Positions 48,369-58,539 of a stretch of 64,000 nt of DNA are shown here, in pieces. Made by a program: the position numbers and the translations under genes. Where the stretch lies: positions 1,488,001-1,552,000 of the forward strand of contig JAIVFI010000001.1 of NCBI GenBank assembly GCA_025558095.1, in the 5' to 3' direction. The stretch comes from Hyaloraphidium curvatum SAG 235-1. Its lineage: Eukaryota > Fungi > Monoblepharomycota. The notes below the pieces were generated by a model that made no database searches, was not told the DNA's origin, and saw only the letters and a list, made by a program, of their open reading frames with translations. Position 1 is the stretch's first letter, and every line of letters begins with the position of its first letter.

Positions 48369-49165
48369 ATGTCCGACTGGCGCTCCGACAGTGCGCGGCC
48401 CGCCGCTCGCCGCGCGCGCCGCTGACCGTCCCGTTCGACGCCGGCAGACCGCGGCTACGGCCAGCAGCAGCAGGGCTACGGCCAGGGCGGCTACAACCAG
48501 GAGTCGTACGGCAGCTTCAACCAGCAGGTGGGCGCTTAAAGGCGCGCTTAACCTGGGAAATGAGTCGCCTAACTGTTGCCCCCTCTCCCCTCCTTTCCGG
48601 GTGGTGCCCGTCGTCAGTCGCGCCCGCGCAGGCAGGAGGCCGCCCCCGGCACCAAGTGCTACGTCGGCAACATCTCGTGCGTCTCGTGCCTCCGTTTATT
48701 GTTCTGGAGCGGACGCCTGACTCTCCCCGCTCCCACTCCCATCGTGGCTTCTTCGCGTCGACCGGAACGGCAGCTGGAACACCGACCGCGACTCGCTGCG
48801 CCAGCAGTTCGAGCAGTGCGGCAACGTCATCGACTCGGTCGTGATCACTGACAGGGAGACGGGCAGGTGCGTCGGGGTGGCCCGCTGCAGACTTGCCTAT
48901 TGCTGATCTGCGATCCACGTCCTCTGCCGTCCCCTTTTCGCACCTTTCGCCCTCTTTTTCTTTCTCGTCTGCCTCCTTGCCGCCCCTTCTTGCACCTCGC
49001 GTGCACCCTGTTCGGTTTCTCCTCCGCTCCATCTCCAGGTCCCGCGGCTTCGGCTTCGTCACCTTCTCGTCCCCCCAGGAGGCCGACATGGCCGTGCAGA
49101 CCCTCAACGGCGCGCAGGTCGACGGTCGCAGCATCCGCGTCAACATCGCCCAGGACAGGCAGTAG
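48369..49165 (+). CDS. single-RRM RNA-binding protein with G/Q/Y-rich N-terminus, 5 exons
   Basis: RNP2 CYVGNIS, DRETGR|SRGFGFVTF (RNP1), VDGRSIRVN. Confidence 0.9.
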
Positions 49166-49845
49166 CCTCGTTCGGGCTCCGCGGCGCCGGTCGGGCCGGC
49201 ACCGCGGCGGGAACACGGACGGATCGCCAGGATACGAATGGACATTCTCCCCTCTTCTGCAACGGAAGGAAGGGAACCCCGCGCCCGCGGGGCGAAAAAG
49301 ATAACCCGAAAAAACGGCGCCCAGCGCTCGCACTTCTCCCTCTTCTCGCCGACGACGACTCTGACTGGATTCGAAGACCGATACCCGGCCTCAGCGACCT
49401 GCTCACGTGCGCGAGTGTATTGTTTCAATGGATGGCGGATCTGAACACTTTGACGGGCGGCGATCTGTCCGTGGGGAGGTGTTTGAGTCGGGCAGAGCAA
49501 GCAGGGCCTGCTCGATGGGCGGGAGACGATGTCCGTCCACGCAGGCGGTCCGAATGATGTGGATGATGCTCCGCTGGACGAGCGATCTACGGCCCGCCTC
49601 ACGAGGAGGCAGGCTGTAAGCGATGAAGGCTGACTAGGCCGTCCGCCAATCAAGCAAACACCCTCGAACGGGCCTCCCCTTCCTGCACCAAGGAGGGCCG
49701 CTCTCGGCTTCGTTTTCGTAGCACCTTCTTCTGACTTGGTCCGTGGCCAGCTGCGGAGGGAAGAAGCTTGCTCTTCGAGCCGGAGGCCTGCTGACGAGGC
49801 CGGAGAACTCTCGAGACCCGGTCAACCATTTCCCAGAGCCCAGAG

Positions 49846-51006
49846 ATGGCTGCTCAACCCGGAAACGCCCCGGCATCGCCGCCACCATCGCCCTCTTTCC
49901 CCTGGACCTTGGAGGACCCGGCCGGCTCGCGATGGAAGGGCCACCGCGACGCCGTGCTCACTTTAGACGCGTTCTCCGAGCCCAACGGCCCGCGGTGGCT
50001 CGCCTCCGGCTCCGAGGACGGCACTGTCCGCGTGTGGGACGCATCTACTGGCCGCACAACGAGATGCTACGCGTGCTTCGGCGGGGAGCCCGTGTCGGCG
50101 GTGGCGTTCGGCGACGGCTCGCGGCTCTTCGCCGCCGCGGGCCGGGACGCTTTCGAGCTAGATCTGCGGGCGCCGGGGGTGGTGCTCAGGGAGCCCAAAG
50201 CCAGATTGGAACGGCTGGCGTCGGACGAGATCAACCAGCTGGCCGTGCAGAGGCACCCGCGGACGGGGGCGCCGCAGTACCTCGCCGCCGCGGACGACAG
50301 CGGCAAAGTCACCGTGCTGGACGCCAGCGTGTCGCCGCCGAAGCAGTACAAGACGCTGAGCAGGAGGGGGAGGGACCAGGCCATGTGCACCTGCGCCGCG
50401 TTCAGGCCGAGGGGGCAGTGGGACCTCGCGTGCGGCTATCTGGTCCAGGGGGAGCTCGGGCTGTGGGACTTCGGCCGCGCGCGGTGCCGGACTGTGGACG
50501 CTGGCGCCGCCGTGCGGTCGGGCAACCCGCTGGAGGACCAGGGCGACGGGACGGGGCTGCCGAACCAGATGTTCAACCCACCGTACCTGCACGGCCTCGC
50601 GTTCGATGCGTCGGGGAGGTGCCTTGCCGCCGCGCTGGGGAGCGGCGACGCGGTGGTATACGAGTGGGCACGGGCGGAGGAGGGGCCGCTGGCAGTGCTC
50701 AGGGGCGGGCACGCGAGCTCGTTGGCGGGGGTGTGCTTCCTGGACCGCGAGGGTGGGACGGAGGGCGGATTGTTCCTGGCGACGGCGGGGAATGACCGCG
50801 TGGTGAACCTCTGGGAGTGCTCGACGACCGTGGAAGGAGGTGGACTGGCTTCGCGGGTGGTGCGAAAGATCCACGGGCTGCCGGGCAAGCCCAACTGGAT
50901 CGCAAGCGTGTGGGATGGGGATGGCGGGTTGAGGCTGTTTGTCGCCTGCACGACGCCCGAGATCGCCGTGTATCGGTTGGCTCCAAGTGTGGTGGGCACG
51001 GGGTAG
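49846..51006 (+). CDS. WD40-repeat protein (WDR53-like)
   Basis: KGHRDAV, LASGSEDGTVRVWD, DEINQL, LAAADDSG, QMFNPPYLH, ATAGND. Confidence 0.8.
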   Translation: MAAQPGNAPASPPPSPSFPWTLEDPAGSRWKGHRDAVLTLDAFSEPNGPRWLASGSEDGTVRVWDASTGRTTRCYACFGGEPVSAVAFGDGSRLFAAAGRDAFELDLRAPGVVLREPKARLERLASDEINQLAVQRHPRTGAPQYLAAADDSGKVTVLDASVSPPKQYKTLSRRGRDQAMCTCAAFRPRGQWDLACGYLVQGELGLWDFGRARCRTVDAGAAVRSGNPLEDQGDGTGLPNQMFNPPYLHGLAFDASGRCLAAALGSGDAVVYEWARAEEGPLAVLRGGHASSLAGVCFLDREGGTEGGLFLATAGNDRVVNLWECSTTVEGGGLASRVVRKIHGLPGKPNWIASVWDGDGGLRLFVACTTPEIAVYRLAPSVVGTG

Positions 51007-51403
51007 CCGACTGTCACCCATCCGAGGCCCCATGTGGAGCGATAGAGGAAGACTCGATGCGATCATGAAGAGCCTTCTACGATCCACAGTCCAAGTGGCT
51101 TTCGAGGCCAGATCGGCACCTTTACGGCTCGGCAGCTCGCTTCCCGGTCCCGAAGGTGAGGGTACCCTTCAACGTGCCTCCCCCCGGACTTCCTGATCGA
51201 CCAGGGCCAGAGATTCACTCATCTGCATCTACATAGTCCGACCCGGTGAAACGAATGGGGCTTTCTCGTCCTGCAGCCGTGGAAATTGGCACACGAGAAG
51301 TCAGTAAATCAGCCTCACCAGCCCGCGTCCAGGGACCGATCCACGATCCACGACGCCCGCTGCCTTCCTTCCGCTCCAGTTTGGCCCTGGGGACTTCTGA
51401 AAT

Positions 51404-53604
51404 ATGTCCGGGGGTGCGGAGGAGTGCTTTCTGCGGGGCCGCAAGTACGAGACGGGGGACGGCGTGGCGCAGAACTACGCTACGGCCGTCGAATGGTATC
51501 GCAAGGCCTCGGATAAGGGGCACGCAGTCGGGCAGAACAACCTAGGATGGTGCTACGAGAACGGGAAAGGTGTCACCCAAAGTTTCTCTGAGGCCGCGAA
51601 ATGGTACCGCAAGTCGGCCGATCAGGGTAACGCACTCAGGCAGAACAACCTCGGCGCGTGCTACCAGGACGGTCAGGGCGTCGCAAAGGATCTTGCGCAG
51701 GCCGTGAAGTGGTATCGCATGTCGGCCAATCAGGGCAACATGTTGGGGCAGTTCAACCTAGGAAGGTGCTACGAGAACGGGTTGGGTGGCCTCACGAAGG
51801 ACCTTTCCTTGGCTCTGGACCTGTACCAGAAAGCCGCCGCCCAGGGTCAGAAGGAGGCAGAATTGGGCATCTCGAGGGTTCAGGCTGCAGTCGCTGCAGA
51901 GGAGTGCTTCCAGCGCGGCCGGAAGCACGAAATGGGGGAAGGCGCGGCACAGGACTACGCCGTAGCTGCAAAGTGGTATCGCCAGGCCGCGGATAAGGGG
52001 CACGCAGTCGGGCAGAACAACCTTGGATGGTACTACGAGAACGGGAAAGGTGTCACCCAAAGTTTCTCTGAGGCCGCGAAATGGTACCGCAAGTCGGCCG
52101 ATCAGGGTAACGCACTCGGGCAGAACAACCTCGGCGCGTGCTACCAGGACGGTCAGGGCGTCGCAAAGGATCTTGTGCAGGCCGTGAAGTGGTATCGCAT
52201 GTCGGCCAATCAGGGCAACATGTTGGGGCAGTTCAACCTAGGAAGGTGCTACGAGAACGGGTTGGGTGGCCTCACGAAGGACCTTTCCTTGGCTCTGGAC
52301 CTGTACCAGAAAGCCGCCGCCCAGGGTCAGAAGGAGGCAAAGCTAGCTGTTGAGAGGGTGCAGCCAAAGGGAGTGGAAGCCGAGGCACGGCGCCGCCGGG
52401 AGGAGGACATTGCACACGAACGTGAGAAGCTGGAGCTCCACCGCCAGCGAACTGCGGAAGAGGAGAGAGCCCTTCGGGTGCGCTTGGAGCTCGAGCACGA
52501 AGCCAAGGCCAAAGAGCTGTCGCTCCTTGCGGAGCGGCTCAAGCTGGAGAAACAGCTGGCGGACCTGAAGACCGCGCAGCCGACTGCCCAAGCGGCGTCA
52601 CCGGGCAACCCCGGCGGGCTATCTTCCCACGGTGCGTACGAGATCCTCCCCAACAATCTAGAGAAGGGCAAATACCTCGGCTCGGGCGCCTTTCGCGAGG
52701 TGTTCGACGGGCTCTACCAGAAGCACACCCGGGTTGCCATGAAACTTGTCAAGATTGCCGGATCACCGCGCCAGCTGGAGCGGAAGCGGGCCGATTTCGA
52801 GCAGGAGATGGCGGTTTGGGGAACTTTGCCCTACCACGACAACGGTGAGCTTCCTCCCTGCTGACCTAATCATATCGGACGTCGTGTTGACGGCGGAGGC
52901 AGTCCAACCGCTCATCGGCTGGTGCAAGGAGCCCTTCTGCATGGTCACGCGCTTCATGGCCAATGGCACCGCCGCGGACTACCTCGCCGCCAAGCGCTGG
53001 GACCCCGCCGTGGTCGTCGATGTCCTGTTCCAGATCGCCAAGGGGATGAACCACCTCCACTCAAGGCCGATGCCGATCCTGCACTCGGACCTTAAGGGTG
53101 CGAACGTGCTGGTGGACGAGAACGGGGTCGCCAAGGTCGCCGATTTCGGGCTGAGCAAGATCCGGTCGGGGTCGACGAGGCAGACGATGTTTGTTGGGGG
53201 AACGCCGTACTACATGGCGCCCGAAGGTAGGCACCCCGCGGCGGCCCGTGCCAGATCCTCTTGCTCATAACGTTGCTTGACCTGCAGTGTGGGACGGACG
53301 GCGCGGGCGGCCCTCGGACGTCTACGCCTTCGGCATGATGATGTGGGAGTTCCTCTCCGAGGGCGACACACCACTGGAACAGGAGATGATGGACGAAGAC
53401 ATCGGGTCGGCGCAGAGGCTCGGGGAGCGGATCAAGGCGGATCCCGACTTCCGACCGCAGAGGCCGGATAGGTGCCCTGAGGCGCTGTGGGCCCTGATGC
53501 GGAGGTGCTGGGACTTCGACGCCGCGAAGAGGCCCACGTTCGGGCAGGTCGCGGACGAGCTGAAGGCGATCATCGACCGGAAGGACAGTGCTTTGGCAGT
53601 ATGA
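51404..53604 (+). CDS. Sel1-repeat + coiled-coil + TKL-type protein kinase, 3 exons
   Basis: 8 Sel1 repeats; GSGAF, VAMK, HSDLKGAN, DFG, YMAPE, SDVYAFG, RPTF; introns ~52845-52901 and ~53227-53287. Confidence 0.9.
51410..52340 (+). repeat. 480-bp tandem duplication of a four-Sel1 block
   Basis: 51510-51860 matches 51990-52340 at offset 480 with only a few substitutions. Confidence 0.9.
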
Positions 53605-53824
53605 GCATTGCTTTGTTACTCGGATATCAATCCGGAGTTGTTCTTTCGCGAGTACATCCACGGGGGTCCGAAACGGCGGCGCGCGTCAGCCGCAGTAGCT
53701 GTGCCCGCCCCGCCGCTATCAACCGCGAACCGCCCAGCCCACGTGACACAGCGATAGCCGCGCCCTCGCCTCCAAATCTGCCTCTATCGATTGCCGCCTC
53801 CTCGACAGTCGCCCGCTCCGCGCG

Positions 53825-55273
53825 ATGGACCCCCTCGCGGTCGCCCAGGGGCTCGTGGAGGTCGGCATCATCATCCACCGGATCGCGATGACCGTGAAGG
53901 AGAACCGCTCCGCGTACGCCGCGCTGGCCCACCGCTGCAAGACGTGCACCGAGACCGTGCGGGGGCTGGTGCTCGAGAACGAGAAGCGGCGCGAGGTCGA
54001 CATAAACGACTCGGTGGACCTTTCGGCACCCGCCGCCGCAAGCCCGCTGCGGCAGCTGCGGGAGCTGCTCGAGGAGATAAAGGACGCCGTAGAAAAGGCC
54101 GCCAAGCGCAACTTCCTCAAGCAGCTCGTGTTCTTTCTCCGCTGGGAGCAGGAGATCAAGGACCACCACGAGAGGCTCCAGCAGCTCCAGCAGGATGTGC
54201 AGCTGGCTCTGTTCCGCGACCTCGCCCGGGATAACCGCAAGGCGTGGGAGCGGCTGGAGCGGGAGCAGAGGAAAGTGGAGCGGAGGATGGCGGAAAACCA
54301 CAAAGAGCTCCTCGAGGCCCTGGACAAGGACCGGAAGCGGACGTTCGAGTCGGCGATGGACCTGCCGATGGCCAAGGTGCTCGAGGTCAAGGACCTCGAC
54401 GACCTCGTTAAGACGCTGGTGGACGTGGAAAAGACGGCCGAGGACGCCGAGTACCGGACCGCAATCAAGATGTCGCGCAGGGTCGTCAATCAGGTCCGCA
54501 TGGTCAAGAAGACCGCGATCACGGTCGACCTGGCCTTCCTCGTCGACTGCACGGGCTCGATGGTGGAGTTCCTGGACTACACCAAGAAGGTCATCGAGAA
54601 CATCCTCGACGCCCTCACCGAACACTTCCCCCAGCTCACCCTCAAAGTGGCCTTTGTCGGCTACCGCGACTTCGACAAGAACGGCAAGTCCGAGTACGAA
54701 GTCGCCGACTTTGCCCCGCCCGCCGACACCCGCCGGCGGATCGCCTCGGTCAAGTGCCGCGGCGGGTGCGGCAGCGACTGGCCCGAGGACCTCCTCGGCG
54801 GGCTGGACCGCGCCTCGAAGCTCTCGTGGAGCTCCCCGGCGAGGGTGCTGGTCCACATCGCCGACGCCCCCCCGCACGGCAAGATGTTCTTTGACCGCGG
54901 CCGGCACAACGATAGGTACTACGACGACGACGAGCCGGATCCAAACGGCATGCGGCCCGACTCGTACCGCGGCGTGCTCGAGACGCTCAAGCAGCGCGGG
55001 GTCGAGTACTACTTCTTCCCGCTCAACGACACGACCAAGGAGACGGAGACCCTGTTCAAGGGCGCTTCGAAGGCCATGGGGCTCCCTTTCGAGGTCGTTA
55101 AACTGGACGCGGAGGGGAAGGAGCATCCGGACTACAAGGCGCTGCTGGCGGGGATCGTACAGCGGACCGCGGGGAGCATTGTGCATTCCTTTGCACACAT
55201 GGTGTTGGGCGACGGCGCGGGGAAGAGGTCGCCCATGTCGCCCGTGTCGCCGGCGTCGCCAATCATTCGGTAG
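53825..55273 (+). CDS. MLKL-N-terminal-like four-helix bundle + von Willebrand factor A domain protein
   Basis: MDPL..IHRIAMTVKENRSAYAALAHRC..LRQLRELLEEIKDAVEKAAKRNFLKQLV..EIKDHHERL; MIDAS VDLAFLVDCTGSM, FVGYRDF, GGCGSDWPED, LVHIADAPPHG; intronless. Confidence 0.8.
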   Translation: MDPLAVAQGLVEVGIIIHRIAMTVKENRSAYAALAHRCKTCTETVRGLVLENEKRREVDINDSVDLSAPAAASPLRQLRELLEEIKDAVEKAAKRNFLKQLVFFLRWEQEIKDHHERLQQLQQDVQLALFRDLARDNRKAWERLEREQRKVERRMAENHKELLEALDKDRKRTFESAMDLPMAKVLEVKDLDDLVKTLVDVEKTAEDAEYRTAIKMSRRVVNQVRMVKKTAITVDLAFLVDCTGSMVEFLDYTKKVIENILDALTEHFPQLTLKVAFVGYRDFDKNGKSEYEVADFAPPADTRRRIASVKCRGGCGSDWPEDLLGGLDRASKLSWSSPARVLVHIADAPPHGKMFFDRGRHNDRYYDDDEPDPNGMRPDSYRGVLETLKQRGVEYYFFPLNDTTKETETLFKGASKAMGLPFEVVKLDAEGKEHPDYKALLAGIVQRTAGSIVHSFAHMVLGDGAGKRSPMSPVSPASPIIR

Positions 55274-55309
55274 GAATTGGACTCGTTCGTGTTTGTATAC
55301 CGTTGAATG

Positions 55310-57804
55310 CTACGTACTATTTGCCCTCTTGATGTGTGCCAGGCCGCACGGGTGCTTCTCCATCATCTCCAACGTCGCCAGCCTGCTACGGCAGAACCCG
55401 CACTTGTCGCAGAAGTAGATCCGGGAACCGTCCGCGGCGGTCGGTTTGGGCTTGGAGGAAGGTTGCTGCGGCGCCGGCGCCGGAGCCGGACGCGGCCTCT
55501 CCGCGGCCTCGACGACATCCTTGGGCTCGCGCCTCCTTCTCTCCAGCACGTAGTGGTGCCACTCCGAGGCCAGATCCCTGAGCAGCCCCCCGGAATCGCG
55601 GAAGCTCTCGTCTCCCAGCAGCTTTCGCAGCTCCCTCTCGGTCTTGCCGTCCCTCCGTGGCCAGATCCACGCAAACTCGGCGGTCCGGGCCAGCTCCTGC
55701 AGCACGGCCTTTCCGTGGCTCAAAAGACCGGTCGTGAGGAGGTTGTGGAGGCGTGAATCCGCCTTTGCGGTTCCGGCGCGGGAGACGGCGGCGCCCCAGC
55801 CGTGCGCGCGGACTACAGCTTCCGCCGCGGCCCGGAACACGGGGCCCTCTGTACCAGGCCACCCGATACGGGAGCCCCGGGTCAGCAAGGTGCGCTGTTC
55901 CGAAACATCCGAGGGAAAGAAGCGGGCGAGCGCCGGATCGGCGGCCAGCACGGAGGCCATCCACGCCGAAAGGCGCCTCGGATCGTTGGAGAAACAGTAG
56001 AGGGCTTCCGCGGCATCCAGGGGCATCCCCGCGGCCGCGGCTGAAGCCAGGCGCTGCGCCAGGATCTCCAGGACCGTGGTGTTGCGCTCCTTCCTGACCA
56101 GCTCGTGCAGCTTCTGGTGCGACACGGTCTCGGGAATCACCAGCGCCGCCTCGGGCGGCAGCGCGGCCAGCAGCTCCTCGGCATCGGGGAGCACATCGGG
56201 GTCCAAAAGTTTCTCCCTGGCCAGCGTCGATCCGCCCGAACTCGCGAGTGTCCTGCTGACGAGCTTCTCCACATGGCCGGCCAAGGCGAGCGCGGCGTCG
56301 CTCCGGATCTTGCCGCACAAGGTCACGCGGAGCTGCTCGTCCAGGTAATCCAGCTCCCCGTCGGCGGGCAGCGTGCGGCGGGCGCCCTCGGGGATCACCC
56401 TGCGGCGGCAGAAATCGGCAACGGCCTGGTCCGCGCCGACGAAATCCTCGTCCACGTCGGGGAGCTCCTCCCAGTCCCCCGCACGGTACTCGAAGTCGTC
56501 CTCGTCAACGTGGAACCGCCGCATCACGTCGTCGCGCGCGTCGGCGATCACCTGCTTCCAATCTCCCCAGAGCGTGCGCTCGACCGACGAGGGTCCCTCG
56601 AGGTAGGCGCCAAGCCGAACGGAGCGGAGGATTTCCTCGGGCGCGGCTTCGGGGAAGCGAGCGAGGGCGAGACCGAAGAGCCGGGAGAGGGCGGGATCGG
56701 GCAGGGCTAGCGAGGGGAAGGCAGAGTCCCAGGCTCGTGCGGCCAGGGTATCGCGCTCCGACAGGGCGGGCAACTTCTCCTCCAGGTCCGCGCGACGCGC
56801 GGCCCACCATGCTGCCGGTTCCTCCAGCACGCCTTCGGGGTTCAAGTTGAGAGCCTGGGGGAAGCGTAGGCCCCACGGATTGGCGTCGGTGGCGAGGGAG
56901 GCGAGCACGCGTCCGGCGAGGCGGGCGGGGTCGATCCCGCGGTCCGTAGAGTCGATGACCGGATGGGTGCCGTCGAACGTGAGCGGGATGCCAATGGCCT
57001 TCGAGAGAGCGGGGAGATGCTCCGCGACGAGGGCGGTGGCACGGGCGCGGGTGGAGGCGATCTGGTGCGCAACAAGGCGGCGGAAGTTGGCGGGGCCGCC
57101 AAAGCTCATGTTCACGAAGCCGTCGAGCTCGCTTGCAGGCTGAGGGAAAACGGCGTCACCACACGGCTGCGAGTGGGGACAGCTCATCGAAATCCCACAA
57201 CTACGTATCCGGAATCGTCAAAGAAGCCAATGGGCGACTCGCCGCTGTTCTCGCCGGACGTGGTCGTCACCAGCTCCGCGAGGACGCTGCTGCTGATCCC
57301 CGGCAGCTTCGCCAGGGCAACAACGTCGAGATCCGCGTCCCCCTGGACGGCCAACGGGTCCGCGTGCTCGAGCAGGCCGACCTCCCCGTCCTCGGGCCAT
57401 TCGTGGCCGCAGCGCCCGATGGTCGCGACGCACCTGATGCACAGACGCGCCTGGGTCCTGTCCTCGTGCTCCACGGTCCAGATCCGATCGCGCCGAACCA
57501 AGTCGCGGCACCTCGGGCAAACGGCTTTCCACACCCGTTTCACGTAGGCGGAAACAAAGGACGCGCTCGCCCGTTGCCCCGGCCCCCTTTCCCACCCCTC
57601 CTTGTCCGCCAATCGAGTCCAGTACGGCAGCATTTCGTAGGCATCCCACAGGGCGCGGCACAACAGGCCGACACGGAAGGCGGCCGAGGTGCCCTGCGAA
57701 TCGCAGACGAACTTGAGGACGCGCGTGCGGGTCTCCAGCGCGATGCCGTCGAGCGTCGGCCGGACGGCCGCGACGTCGTCTTCATCGATATTGATTTCCG
57801 TCAT
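55310..57804 (-). CDS. large hypothetical protein (about 810 aa) with F-box-like N-terminus and Cys motifs, 2 exons
   Basis: A phase-0 intron 57140-57198 (GTGGGA...CCTCAG) joins the two ORF-track ORFs; LDGIALETRTRVLKFV..LLCRALW, CPRC..CIRC, C-terminal CDKC. Confidence 0.6.
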
Positions 57805-57854
57805 GATGGGCGATGGGCCGAATGCAGCGGGACATGAGAGAGGTCGCGGTTGAG

Positions 57855-58411
57855 ATGTTGAGACGTCCCAGAGCGAACTGGCGGCGCTTCTCAACTCCTG
57901 TGCCTCCGGCAGGATCTTCCATGCGCTGCTTTCGCGGCCCGCCTTCCAGCCCGAAACCATCGAAGTATCCGGCTCGGATCCCGACGGGACTGTCGCGGAC
58001 CTCCCCGTGTTTCGGGATCTCTTCAGGCTGCCTTCGATCAAGCATCTGCACCTCAACGTGATCGAAGCCGCCAACCACCTCGCCGACGTCGCCCTCCCGC
58101 CGTCCCTGCAGACCCTCCGCATCCACAGGTTGTGGATCCACAACCTGGACAGGCCGTGGAGCGTCGCCCGGTTCGTCGAGAAGCTCCGCAAGCTCCCCTC
58201 TCGCCCCAGTCTCGGCATCCACGAAGACTGGATGCTCCAATTTGTGATCGAAGAGTACGGAGACTTGAAGACCACGCGGCGCATGTACAGGTGCATGGAG
58301 GTCCTTTGGACTTGCGGCATCGCGGACATGACCGTCGCTAGGTGGAATGGGGGAAACGGGAGAACCAGTGCGGATGCGAGTGATGCGGATCGGAGGGTTG
58401 GATCTCGATGA
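57855..58411 (+). pseudogene. 5'-truncated LRR-like gene fragment
   Basis: LPSIKHLHL..LPPSLQTLRIHRL; frame bounded upstream by TGA with no early ATG. Confidence 0.3.
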
Positions 58412-58539
58412 ACAGCCTCGTTGCGCCCACCTCGCACGGCGGCATCGCTGCTGCTGATTCGAGGCCTCCGATCGCGGCCCGGAAGCGGCGCCCGTGCTTC
58501 AATCAAGTTCAATTGCCGACCACGTTAGTGACATCGCAT

